Assembly: GCA_965215195.1 (NCBI GenBank)
Contig: CBDCDC010000002.1
Coordinates: forward strand, 2,432,001-2,496,000
Length of the DNA: 64,000 nt
Reading direction: 5' to 3'
Source: Candidatus Latescibacterota bacterium
Lineage (GTDB): Bacteria > Latescibacterota > UBA2968 > UBA8231
The notes below the pieces were generated by a model, which saw only the letters and a list, made by a program, of their open reading frames with translations, had not been told where the DNA came from and did no database searches. Within the stretch, counting starts at the first letter, position 1, and each line of letters opens with the position of its first letter. Of the stretch, positions 38,253 through 47,154 are shown one piece after another. The position numbers and the translations under genes were made by a program.

Positions 38253-38310
38253 TGAACAAATGTTTGTTCATTTTAATAACTTTTTATTTACATGAATAAA
38301 TGTTTGCTCA
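38253..38310. promoter_or_regulatory. Paired palindromes, candidate enhancer (UAS) sites
   Basis: TGAACAAA-TG-TTTGTTCA (38253-70) and TGAATAAATGTTTGCTCA (38293-310); related TGAACCACTTTTTGCTCC at 29371. Confidence 0.5.
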
Positions 38311-38636
38311 TCGGGACAACCCAGCCCAAGCCCCTTCTCCGGGCGCTGTATCCCATGCTTGCGCATCCGGTAGGGCTGCGTCGGAAGGGGCATGTCAAGC
38401 GAAACCTTTTCCGAAAAACCCGCTGGGTGCTTTCTCGCCTAAAAGCCTGCGCCCGTGAAAACGGGGGGCGCGGTAAAGCGCTGGGAACGCGGGCGTCTCG
38501 CCCTCAGGCCGGCTAGACCCACCCTCTTGGGCGAGCGCTTATCAGGAACAGACCCCACGGGCAGCCAAGCGGATTATTTGCGTCCGACCGCAGCGCGAAC
38601 CTTTATTCAATAGCTTACTTAACCCAAGGAAATCCC

Positions 38637-39809
38637 ATGATCATCCAACCCAAAGTTCGCGGCTTTATCTGCACTACGGCCCATCCCGACGGCTGCGCCC
38701 GCGCCGTCCAAGACCAAATCGCCTCGGTCAAACGCCAACCCCCCTTCGACGGCCCCGTGAAAGTCCTCGTCATCGGCGCTTCAACCGGCTACGGGCTGGC
38801 GTCGCGCATCGCCACCTGCTTTGGCGCGGGTGCGGCCACGCTCGGGGTATTCTTCGAGCGGCCAGCAGCCGGCCGCCGCACGGCAACGGCCGGATGGTAC
38901 AATAGCGCAGCCTTTCACGAGGCTGCCCGCAACGCCGGCTACTACGCCCGCAGCATCAACGGCGATGCCTTCTCCGACCAGATCAAGGCCGAGACAATCG
39001 CCGCCATCCGCACGGACCTGCAAGCAGTCGATTTGGTCGTTTACAGCTTAGCTTCGCCGCGGCGCACTCATCCGCGCACCGGCGAAAATTTTAGTTCCGT
39101 CCTCAAGCCCATCGGCCGCACCTACACCAACAAGACCGTCCACGTCCAGAGCGGCGAAGTTTCCGACATCGCCATTGACCCGGCGAGCGAGGAAGAGATC
39201 GCCCACACCATCGCGGTCATGGGCGGCGAAGACTGGCAGATGTGGATCGAAGCCCTCGCCGAAGCGGGCGTACTAGCCGACGGCGTTCGCACGATCGCCT
39301 ACACCTATATCGGCCCTGAAATTACCTACCCGGTCTATCGCGACGGGACCATCGGCCGCGCCAAGGACCATTTAGAAAAGACGGCCAAGGTGCTCAACGA
39401 ATTTTTGCAAGCGAGAAGCGGCAGTGCCCACATCTCCGTCAACAAGGCTATGGTGACCCAATCGAGCGCCGCCATCCCGGTCGTGCCGCTCTACATCTCG
39501 CTGCTCTACAAGGTGATGAAGGAAAAGGGCTGCCACGAAAGCTGCATTGAGCAGATGCACCGACTCTTCGCCGGCTGCCTCTATGCAGATGCGCCCACCG
39601 ACGCCGAGGGGCGCATCCGCATCGACGACCGAGAAATGCGCGAGGACGTGCAGGGGGAAGTCGCTGCGCTGTGGGAGCAAGTCAACACCGACAACCTCGA
39701 ATCGCTGTCGGATATCGAAAGCTATCGTGCGGAGTTTCTGGGGCTTTTCGGCTTTGGCTTTGCGGGTGTTGACTACTCGGTGGAAGTTGATGCCGAGCGG
39801 GGGCTGTAA
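38637..39809 (+). CDS. fabV: Trans-2-enoyl-CoA/enoyl-ACP reductase FabV
   Basis: MIIQPKVRGFICTTAHP.GC, GASTGYGLASRI, YSLASPRR, VMGGEDW. Confidence 0.95.
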   Translation: MIIQPKVRGFICTTAHPDGCARAVQDQIASVKRQPPFDGPVKVLVIGASTGYGLASRIATCFGAGAATLGVFFERPAAGRRTATAGWYNSAAFHEAARNAGYYARSINGDAFSDQIKAETIAAIRTDLQAVDLVVYSLASPRRTHPRTGENFSSVLKPIGRTYTNKTVHVQSGEVSDIAIDPASEEEIAHTIAVMGGEDWQMWIEALAEAGVLADGVRTIAYTYIGPEITYPVYRDGTIGRAKDHLEKTAKVLNEFLQARSGSAHISVNKAMVTQSSAAIPVVPLYISLLYKVMKEKGCHESCIEQMHRLFAGCLYADAPTDAEGRIRIDDREMREDVQGEVAALWEQVNTDNLESLSDIESYRAEFLGLFGFGFAGVDYSVEVDAERGL

Positions 39810-39939
39810 TGAGGAGCTGCCAGATGAATCGCGAGGTAGAATTACATGCTCTATAGGCACACCGGCCAAAACCGCCCTATCGCGTCTTGTCAAGCTGGCA
39901 CTTTTAGCGTACCCCAAGGGCTCTAATGTTTGCAAAAAA

Positions 39940-40704
39940 ATGAAGCCTCATTGCCTCTTACTCGCGGCCCTAGTCTGGCTGGCGAGTCCACTGCGGGCGC
40001 AAGTTGATATCGAAAGCCTGCGCCGGGACGATCAAGCGGGCTTTTCCGGTTCAGTAGCGGTCGATCTGACGTTGCGAGCCGGCAATGTCGAGTTATTTGA
40101 ATTCGGCCCCGAGCTTTCCTTCAATTACGGCCGCGCCGCGGACGCGTTCATTTTTATTGGCTCAGGCGATGCCGGCTGGGAGGGCAAGGAGCGCTTTTCC
40201 AATGAGGCGCTGGCGCATCTGCGCTACGTCCGCTCCTTGGGCTCACGGCTGCATGGAGAAGTCTTCGGACAAGTTAATTACGACCGATCCCGGCGCTTGG
40301 AGTTTAGAGGCGTTGTCGGCAGCGGCATCCGCTGGGCTCTCATCGCTCCGGGCGAGTCGTCTTTTTGGCTGGGCTCGTCGTTTATGTTCGAGCACGAGCG
40401 CAATGAGGTCGCAGCGGCCGATGACCATGCTGCTCGGACCTCAATTGTCCGCTGGAGCAATTACCTGTCGGCCGATATCAAGCTTGGTGAAATGGCCCAG
40501 CTAGCGGGAACGGCCTACGTGCAGCCCGCTGTGAGGCAGTTCGACGACTACCGCGTTTTGTGGGATTCGGTCTTGAAAGTGTCAATCACCGAAGCTCTAT
40601 CCGCGACCACGTCCGCGACCTTCCGGCGCGATAGCGATCCGCTCAATGGAGTGAATGGAAGTGACTTTCGCCTATCAACGGGTTTGGCACTCGATTGGGA
40701 TTGA
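39940..40704 (+). CDS. DUF481-like outer-membrane beta-barrel protein
   Basis: Signal peptide, QVDIESLR start, amphipathic strands, C-terminal GLALDW. Confidence 0.75.
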   Translation: MKPHCLLLAALVWLASPLRAQVDIESLRRDDQAGFSGSVAVDLTLRAGNVELFEFGPELSFNYGRAADAFIFIGSGDAGWEGKERFSNEALAHLRYVRSLGSRLHGEVFGQVNYDRSRRLEFRGVVGSGIRWALIAPGESSFWLGSSFMFEHERNEVAAADDHAARTSIVRWSNYLSADIKLGEMAQLAGTAYVQPAVRQFDDYRVLWDSVLKVSITEALSATTSATFRRDSDPLNGVNGSDFRLSTGLALDWD

Positions 40705-40718
40705 GACGCCCCCTCTGC

Positions 40719-41465
40719 TCAATAGGTCGCCCGACCGCCGCTCACGTCAAAGCACTGGCCCGTGGTAAAGGTCGATTCGTCCGATACTAAAAATAAAATG
40801 GTCGCCGCCACTTCTTCGGGGCGACCCAAGCGGCCGAGGGGGATTTTGGCGGTCAAAAAATCGACGCGGTCTTGGTCCATGCCCTGCAACAGCGGCGAGT
40901 CAATCAGGGCCGGTGCCACGCAATTGACGCGGATGCCGCAGTTTAGAACCTCTTTGGCCAGAGTCTTGGTAAAGCAGATGACGCCGGCCTTGGATACGGA
41001 GTAGGGTGCCATATTGGCGTTGCCCTCTTTGCCGGAGATAGAGGCCAGCGAGCAAATGACCCCACTCTGTTGCGGCAACATGTAGCGCAGGGCCGCCCGC
41101 GAGCACAGAAAGGTTCCCTTGAGATTGATGTCGAGGACGCGGTCCCAGTCGTCTTCGGCCAGATCTTTGACCGGCGCGTCCGTGCCGACAGTGCCGGCGT
41201 TGTTCACCAAGATGTCGAGGCCGCCCAACAGGTCGGCAACTCGGGCAAAGGCCCGGTCAACCGAAGCGGCCTCGGCCACATCAACGGCAAGGCCGATGGT
41301 CGAACCACCTATTTCAGCAGCCGTCCGTTGCGCACCGGCGGCGTCGATGTCGAGAATAGCCACCCGGCCGCCCTCGGCGGCAAGGCGCTGGGCAATGGCG
41401 CGACCTATGCCGCGACCTGCGCCGGTGACAATGGCGTTTTTTCCCTTGAGGGGTTGCGAGTCCAT
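40719..41465 (-). CDS. Short-chain dehydrogenase/reductase
   Basis: TGAGRGIG, NNAG, YSVSK, DVSGGRATY. Confidence 0.93.
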   Translation of the reverse strand: MDSQPLKGKNAIVTGAGRGIGRAIAQRLAAEGGRVAILDIDAAGAQRTAAEIGGSTIGLAVDVAEAASVDRAFARVADLLGGLDILVNNAGTVGTDAPVKDLAEDDWDRVLDINLKGTFLCSRAALRYMLPQQSGVICSLASISGKEGNANMAPYSVSKAGVICFTKTLAKEVLNCGIRVNCVAPALIDSPLLQGMDQDRVDFLTAKIPLGRLGRPEEVAATILFLVSDESTFTTGQCFDVSGGRATY

Positions 41466-41509
41466 CTGCTTTTCTAAGCTCTCCAGCTAGCAATAAATTG
41501 CTTGGTTCC

Positions 41510-41555
41510 CTTACTACGCGACCGCCGGCGGCTGTAGCAGGTGTCGCGTAGTAAG
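41510..41555. mobile_element. Collapsed MITE family B remnant (TIRs only)
   Basis: cttactacgcgac...gtcgcgtagtaag, matching the ends of 50266-50397. Confidence 0.6.
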
Positions 41556-41666
41556 TCGACGCCAAAATTGGCGGGCATGTCGCCTATCGCGACAAACTGT
41601 TGCCGATTGACTTGCATGGCTTTTGGTCTCCATAATTGCAGTTGTGGCAATATCGAGGAAAAAGCG

Positions 41667-43382
41667 ATGTCCAATGATAGGCCTTGCAAAGGCAGTAGAG
41701 CAAATGTGGCGGCGGTTTTGCTGCTGACGATACTGGTGCCCTCAGTCCCCACCCAAGGGGCCGCCGAGACTCAATTCGTCGAGGTGACGCGGCAGTCGGG
41801 AATTGACTTTGACAATGTCTCGGGCACTCCTGAGAAGAAGTACATAATTGAGACCCAAGCCGCGGGAGTAACTGCGTGGGACTACGACCTCGATGGGGAT
41901 CCTGATTTGTACTTCACCGTTGGTTCTCACCGCCAAGGGGAAGGTGCGCCGGCAAACGCACTATTTCGCAACGATGGAGGGCAGTTCGCCAACGCAACAG
42001 CAGGTAGCGGCGCTGGCTTGCAGGGATGGAGCATGGGGGCCGCGCCGGCCGACTACGACCTCGATGGGGACGACGATCTCTACGTCACGCGCTGGGGTCG
42101 CAACGCCTTGCTCCGCAACGAGGGCGGGGGCCGCTTCACCGATGTCGCCGCGCTCGCCAAAGTCGATGACGAGCGCTGGGGCATAGGCGCGGCATTCGCC
42201 GACTACGACCTCGACGGCGATCTCGATCTCTACGTCGCAAACTACATTGAGTTCGAGCTCAATGGCCCCCCGTTCTACGACAAGTGGTGTAATCACAGAG
42301 GAATAAAGGCCGCTTGCGGTCCAGCCGGCTTCAAAGCGGAAAGAGATGTCTTATTCCGCAACGACGGAAACGGCCGTTTTAGCGACGTGAGCGCGGCTGC
42401 GGGGATTGACGATCCACCCCGTTATGGCATGCAGGTCGCTTGGGGCGATCTCGACGCCGATGGCGATCTCGACGCGTACGTGACCAACGATGGACACGCC
42501 AATTCCCTATTGCGCAACGACGGCCGCGAGACATTCGCTGACATCGGCATATCGTCGGGGGCTGCCTTCAGCGGCGATGGCCGCGCTCAGGCTGGGATGG
42601 GGGTAGGTCTTGGCGACGGCGACGGCGATGGCTTGTGCGACATCTTCGTCACCAACTTCTCCCAAGACCACAACACGTACTACGAGAATACAGGCACTAG
42701 ATTTTTCACCGACATCAGCGGCCAAGCAGGGCTAGCTGGCAGTAGCCGCCCTTTTATGGGGTGGGCCACCTTCTTTTTCGACTACGATGGCGACACCGAC
42801 CTAGACCTATTCGTCGCCAACGGCCACCTCATGCCTGCCATTGACTTTGCCGGCAGCGGGCTTTCCTATGCGCAGACAAACCTGCTATACCGCAATGACG
42901 GGGCCAGCAGATTTACAGAGGTCAGCGGGCGCACTGGCCCTGCGTTTGGCTTGGCGCGGGTGAGTCGCGGCGCAATCCACGGCGACTTGGACAGCGACGG
43001 CGATCCCGATATAGTAGTGGCCAATCTCGACGCGCCGCCAAGTTTGCTGCGCAACGACAGCGCTCGCCTTTATCACTACCTCGGACTAGACCTGCATGGG
43101 CCACCCGGCAATCGTCACGGGATTGGGGCCTACGTCCTAGTGCGCTCGGGTGGCCGCGAGCAGTATCGCCAACTATTCAGCGGCGACGGGTTTATGGGGC
43201 AAAGTGACCCGCGCCTCATCATCGGGCTGGGCACAGCGCACCTTGTGGACCACTTGGAGGTGCGCTGGCCTTCGGGGCTGGTGCAGCGCTACCAGAACCT
43301 GACCGTAGATCGCTTCTACCTGCTCCATTACCAAGACGGGCTCACAGCCCGAGGAGATGGGGAGAGGACGGGCTTTGAATGA
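41667..43382 (+). CDS. CRTAC1/ASPIC-UnbV family FG-GAP repeat protein
   Basis: DYDLDGD.DLY repeats, QAGMG, C-terminal GIGA.V...GLG..VRWPSG. Confidence 0.92.
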   Translation: MSNDRPCKGSRANVAAVLLLTILVPSVPTQGAAETQFVEVTRQSGIDFDNVSGTPEKKYIIETQAAGVTAWDYDLDGDPDLYFTVGSHRQGEGAPANALFRNDGGQFANATAGSGAGLQGWSMGAAPADYDLDGDDDLYVTRWGRNALLRNEGGGRFTDVAALAKVDDERWGIGAAFADYDLDGDLDLYVANYIEFELNGPPFYDKWCNHRGIKAACGPAGFKAERDVLFRNDGNGRFSDVSAAAGIDDPPRYGMQVAWGDLDADGDLDAYVTNDGHANSLLRNDGRETFADIGISSGAAFSGDGRAQAGMGVGLGDGDGDGLCDIFVTNFSQDHNTYYENTGTRFFTDISGQAGLAGSSRPFMGWATFFFDYDGDTDLDLFVANGHLMPAIDFAGSGLSYAQTNLLYRNDGASRFTEVSGRTGPAFGLARVSRGAIHGDLDSDGDPDIVVANLDAPPSLLRNDSARLYHYLGLDLHGPPGNRHGIGAYVLVRSGGREQYRQLFSGDGFMGQSDPRLIIGLGTAHLVDHLEVRWPSGLVQRYQNLTVDRFYLLHYQDGLTARGDGERTGFE

Positions 43383-43690
43383 GGCGACGACTCCGGCTAG
43401 GCACCTTTCTGTTACTCGCGATGCTTCTCGTCCTAGCTTTGCATATTGAGGGCTGCGGGAAGCAAGAAGAACGGCCTCGGGGACTCTGGCCCGATCTCTA
43501 CGAAAACGACGATGACCGGGATCGCGACGGGTGGAATGGGTACAGTCGAATCAAAACTGAAACATGTGCTCTTCCATCAGCGCATGGCCCGCAGGGAGCG
43601 TCGTCGAATGGGATTGGACGAGAACGAGTTTTTCTTTGGCTTGATAAACAAGGCCATGTACCGGCGGGAGGTAGGTTGAGAAACGTTTGA
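43379..43690 (+). CDS. Small hypothetical lipoprotein, possibly frameshifted
   Basis: ATGA overlap with upstream stop; hydrophobic leader ending EGC; a more protein-like tail lies in another frame ending 43679. Confidence 0.4.
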   Translation: MRRRLRLGTFLLLAMLLVLALHIEGCGKQEERPRGLWPDLYENDDDRDRDGWNGYSRIKTETCALPSAHGPQGASSNGIGRERVFLWLDKQGHVPAGGRLRNV

Positions 43691-43910
43691 TAGCAGGGTA
43701 GCGCCTCGAAAGTAGGGGGCGCATTGTCGTGTAGTACGGCTGTGTACCAGTGGGGTCTATCGCAATTATCTCACTCCCAAAAGGAGGTTGGAATGGTACT
43801 AAGCAAAAGGATCATTTTGGGTGCGACGATCCTCGGTGTTGGTCTGTCGCGGTCCAAACTTGGGCTCGCGATCCACCGGTATTTTTGCAGTGCAAGCAAT
43901 TGAGGGCGCG

Positions 43911-45086
43911 ATGCGGATCACCAGAGTCAAGACGTACATCGTAGATGGCGGCTTCCGTCCCTGGACCTTTGTGAAGATCGAGACCAGCGACCCGGGCCTC
44001 GTGGGGTGGGGGGACTGTACCGACTGGGGCTCGCCCGGACCCGTGGCGGCGACGGTAGAGCGGTACGCTGAGCGGATTATCGGCAAGGATCCAATGGCGA
44101 GCGAGGCGATCTGGTGGGAGCTATCCGCCTTCTCGGTTCGCCACACGGGAGGCATTGCCTACAAGGCGATGTCCGGCATTGACTCGGCCCTGTGGGACAT
44201 CCGCGGCAAGGTTCTAAATGCGCCCGTGTGGCAACTGCTTGGCGGCCGCATGCGGGACCGGCTCCGGCTCTATTGGTCCCACTGCGGTTCGACCCGGGCT
44301 GGACCATGGGCGCAGAAGTTGGGGCTGTGGCCGGTGCGTACGATCGCCGACTTGGAGGAAGTGGCTAGAGAGGTGCTGGAGCGCGGCTTCACGGCCATCA
44401 AGACCAACCTGATGCGCTTGGAGGACGACCCCGAGGGCACCGGTGTGCCAGGTGGCGTCGGCGACGCCTCTCCCTCTGTCCTGCGCCGCGCAGAGCGCAT
44501 AATCAGCACCTTCCGGGAAGCCCTCGGACCGGATGTAGGGATCGCTTTGGATGTGGGATTCCACTTCAAGTTGGGCGGCGCAGCGCGACTCGCTAGAGCC
44601 TTGGAGCCATACGATCTGATGTGGCTCGAGACGGAGACCTTAGACGCCGCTGCGCTGCGGACCATCCGCGAGTCCACGACCACGACGATCTGCACCGGCG
44701 AGAGCCTCTTTGGGACCGCCGGCTTCCGACCTTTCCTCGAACTCCACGCCCAAGACATCGTCATGCCCGACTTGGCCTGGAACGGGGTCGCGATGGGCCG
44801 GCGGCTCGCCGACTTAGCGCACGCTTATGACGTGCTGTTTGCCCCCCATAACTGCCACAGCCCGCTGACGACGTTGGTGTCGGCCAATGTGTGCGCCACC
44901 GCGCCCAATTTCTACATCCTCGAATTCGATGTGGACGACGCTCCGTGGCGGGACGACCTGATGAGTCACCCCTTTGAAGTGCGGGACGGACACCTGATTC
45001 TACCGGAACGGCCCGGTCTAGGATCGGACTTGATCGAATCCGAACTCGAGAAACACCCTCCCGACCACTACCCCGACATGCGCTAA
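43911..45086 (+). CDS. Mandelate racemase/galactonate dehydratase-like enolase superfamily enzyme
   Basis: SGIDSALWDIRGK..PVWQLLGG, WLE, TGE, APHN, RPGLG. Confidence 0.9.
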   Translation: MRITRVKTYIVDGGFRPWTFVKIETSDPGLVGWGDCTDWGSPGPVAATVERYAERIIGKDPMASEAIWWELSAFSVRHTGGIAYKAMSGIDSALWDIRGKVLNAPVWQLLGGRMRDRLRLYWSHCGSTRAGPWAQKLGLWPVRTIADLEEVAREVLERGFTAIKTNLMRLEDDPEGTGVPGGVGDASPSVLRRAERIISTFREALGPDVGIALDVGFHFKLGGAARLARALEPYDLMWLETETLDAAALRTIRESTTTTICTGESLFGTAGFRPFLELHAQDIVMPDLAWNGVAMGRRLADLAHAYDVLFAPHNCHSPLTTLVSANVCATAPNFYILEFDVDDAPWRDDLMSHPFEVRDGHLILPERPGLGSDLIESELEKHPPDHYPDMR

Positions 45087-47056
45087 TGCTGATAACTACG
45101 CAGGGGCAGCGAGGGCGCGTGTTTACCGCACGAGCCTTTCTCCTCGGTTGCCTGCTGACGGCGTTCCTCGGAACGGGCCCGCTCTACGTCCAGTTCGTCA
45201 ACCACACGGCACCGCTCAACGCCGACTCCATCACGGCCGGTGCCGTGTTCCTGTTTTTCCTGCTCACCTTTGTAGTCAACACTGCACTGCGGAAAATCCA
45301 CCCCCCTTGGGTTTTTACAACGGGCGAACTCGTCGTCATCTACGCGATGATGATCGTGGCTTCCACGATCCCGACGAAGACCCTGATCGCCAATATGATC
45401 CCGGTTCTGCCAGGGGCTTCTTATTACGCCACGCCGGAGAACGAATGGGCCGAGTTGATCGTGCCCCTGATCCCGGATTGGCTCGTGCCCCAAGACCCGC
45501 TCGCAGTAAAGTATTTCTACGAAGGTGCCCCCTCCCACGTCTCGATCCCGTGGAGGGCGTGGCTAGTGCCCTTTGCAGCTTGGGGAATTTTTATTGCCTC
45601 CTTCTTTGCCGTGATGATCAGCAGCATGGTGATCGTCCGGCGCCAATGGGTGGAGCACGAGCGGCTCGTCTTCCCCTTGACCCAAGTGCCGCTGGAGATG
45701 CTCCAGCCTCCCCGCTTAGGGCACGCCCTAGGAGCCCTTTTTCAGCAACCGCTGCTGTGGATAGGGGTCGCGCTGCCTTGGATCGTGCTGAGTACGCACG
45801 GCCTGCATGCCTATTTCAACTACATCCCTAGAATCGAGACCAACACCTACTTTGAGCTATTCAAGGATACCACCCCGTTCCGCGTTCTCCTGAGCTTTTC
45901 CGTCATCGGGTTTACTTACCTAGTGAACTTGGAAATCGGATTTAGCCTCTGGTTCTTTCACCTGCTGATGAAGCTACAGTCGGGCCTGCTGAACATTATT
46001 GGCTACGACATCCCGGGGCGCGAAGAGGTCTTTGTCGGCGGCGGGGGAACGGTCGCGGTCGGCCACGAGGCCATGGGGGCCACCATCGCGCTGGTTTTGT
46101 TCGTCTTGTGGACGAGCCGCCGGCATCTTGCCTCGGTCTTCGGCAAAGCCTTTGGCACGGCCCCGCACGTGGATGACAGGGACGAAATAATGTCCTACCG
46201 GGTGGCGGTGGTGACGCTACTGATCGGGCTGGCCGGCATGGGTCTGTGGCTCAACGCCAGCGGGATGCCGCTGTGGCTCACGCCCTTCTTCGTGGGCACT
46301 GCTTTTGCCGCGTTCTTCGCCCTGACCCGAATCATCGCCGAAGGAGGAGTCGGCTTTTCTCGGACGCAACTCGTCCCGGCCGTGTTCGCGGTCTATACCT
46401 TTGGGACTGGACTCGTGGGGCCCACGGGGCTGACTAGCCTCGGCTTTACCTACACTTGGAGCTCCGAGATCCGCTCCCCCCTGATGGCGTCGGTAATGCA
46501 CGGGCTGAAAATGATGGACAGCATTGGCGTTCGCCGGCCGCGGCCCCTCCTCGGCGCCATTGTGCTGGCGGCGCTGATCGGCACACTCAGTTCGGGCCTG
46601 ATGACCGTGTGGCTCGCCTATACATACGGAGGAATCAACCTACAGCGCTGGGCTTTTATGGGATTGCCCCAGACCGTCTTTGGGTTCGTGGGAGACAAGC
46701 TACAAAACCCCATCGGCGGCGACATCACCGTGCCGCGGATCGTTTTTGCGGGGTTGGGCGGCACCGTCATGGCTGGACTGATGTACGCCCGGCAGCGGTT
46801 TATCAACTGGCCACTTCACTATCTGGGGCTACCCATTGCCACGTCCCTGCCGATCAGCATGGGTTGGTTCAGTATTATGATCGGGTGGCTGTTTAAGCTG
46901 TTTATCGTGCGCTATGGGGGAGTGCGCCTGTATCGGACCATACGGCCCTTTTTCATCGGCCTGATCGCCGGGCAGATTAGCTGCGGTGCGAGTTGGATGG
47001 CTCTAGATTACTTGACGGGCATGGTGGGCAATTGGGTAAGCGTGGGCGTACCCTGA
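45086..47056 (+). CDS. Multi-pass membrane protein, DUF6785/DUF6784-like putative transporter
   Basis: RRQWVEHERLVFPL, WPLHYLG, RYGG.RLY..RPFFIGLI.G. Confidence 0.75.
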   Translation: MLITTQGQRGRVFTARAFLLGCLLTAFLGTGPLYVQFVNHTAPLNADSITAGAVFLFFLLTFVVNTALRKIHPPWVFTTGELVVIYAMMIVASTIPTKTLIANMIPVLPGASYYATPENEWAELIVPLIPDWLVPQDPLAVKYFYEGAPSHVSIPWRAWLVPFAAWGIFIASFFAVMISSMVIVRRQWVEHERLVFPLTQVPLEMLQPPRLGHALGALFQQPLLWIGVALPWIVLSTHGLHAYFNYIPRIETNTYFELFKDTTPFRVLLSFSVIGFTYLVNLEIGFSLWFFHLLMKLQSGLLNIIGYDIPGREEVFVGGGGTVAVGHEAMGATIALVLFVLWTSRRHLASVFGKAFGTAPHVDDRDEIMSYRVAVVTLLIGLAGMGLWLNASGMPLWLTPFFVGTAFAAFFALTRIIAEGGVGFSRTQLVPAVFAVYTFGTGLVGPTGLTSLGFTYTWSSEIRSPLMASVMHGLKMMDSIGVRRPRPLLGAIVLAALIGTLSSGLMTVWLAYTYGGINLQRWAFMGLPQTVFGFVGDKLQNPIGGDITVPRIVFAGLGGTVMAGLMYARQRFINWPLHYLGLPIATSLPISMGWFSIMIGWLFKLFIVRYGGVRLYRTIRPFFIGLIAGQISCGASWMALDYLTGMVGNWVSVGVP

Positions 47057-47154
47057 CTTTGGGGCACAAGTAAAACTGAGGTAGCCATCGCGGCGAAACC
47101 CTTGCAGATTGGGTTCGCGGCATTGCAACGTTACGACTATACCGAGGAAATGCT

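Noticed and set aside
39547-39939. Long N-terminal extension of the DUF481-like ORF overlapping fabV
   Set aside because: Chance open frame; the signal peptide starts at 39940.
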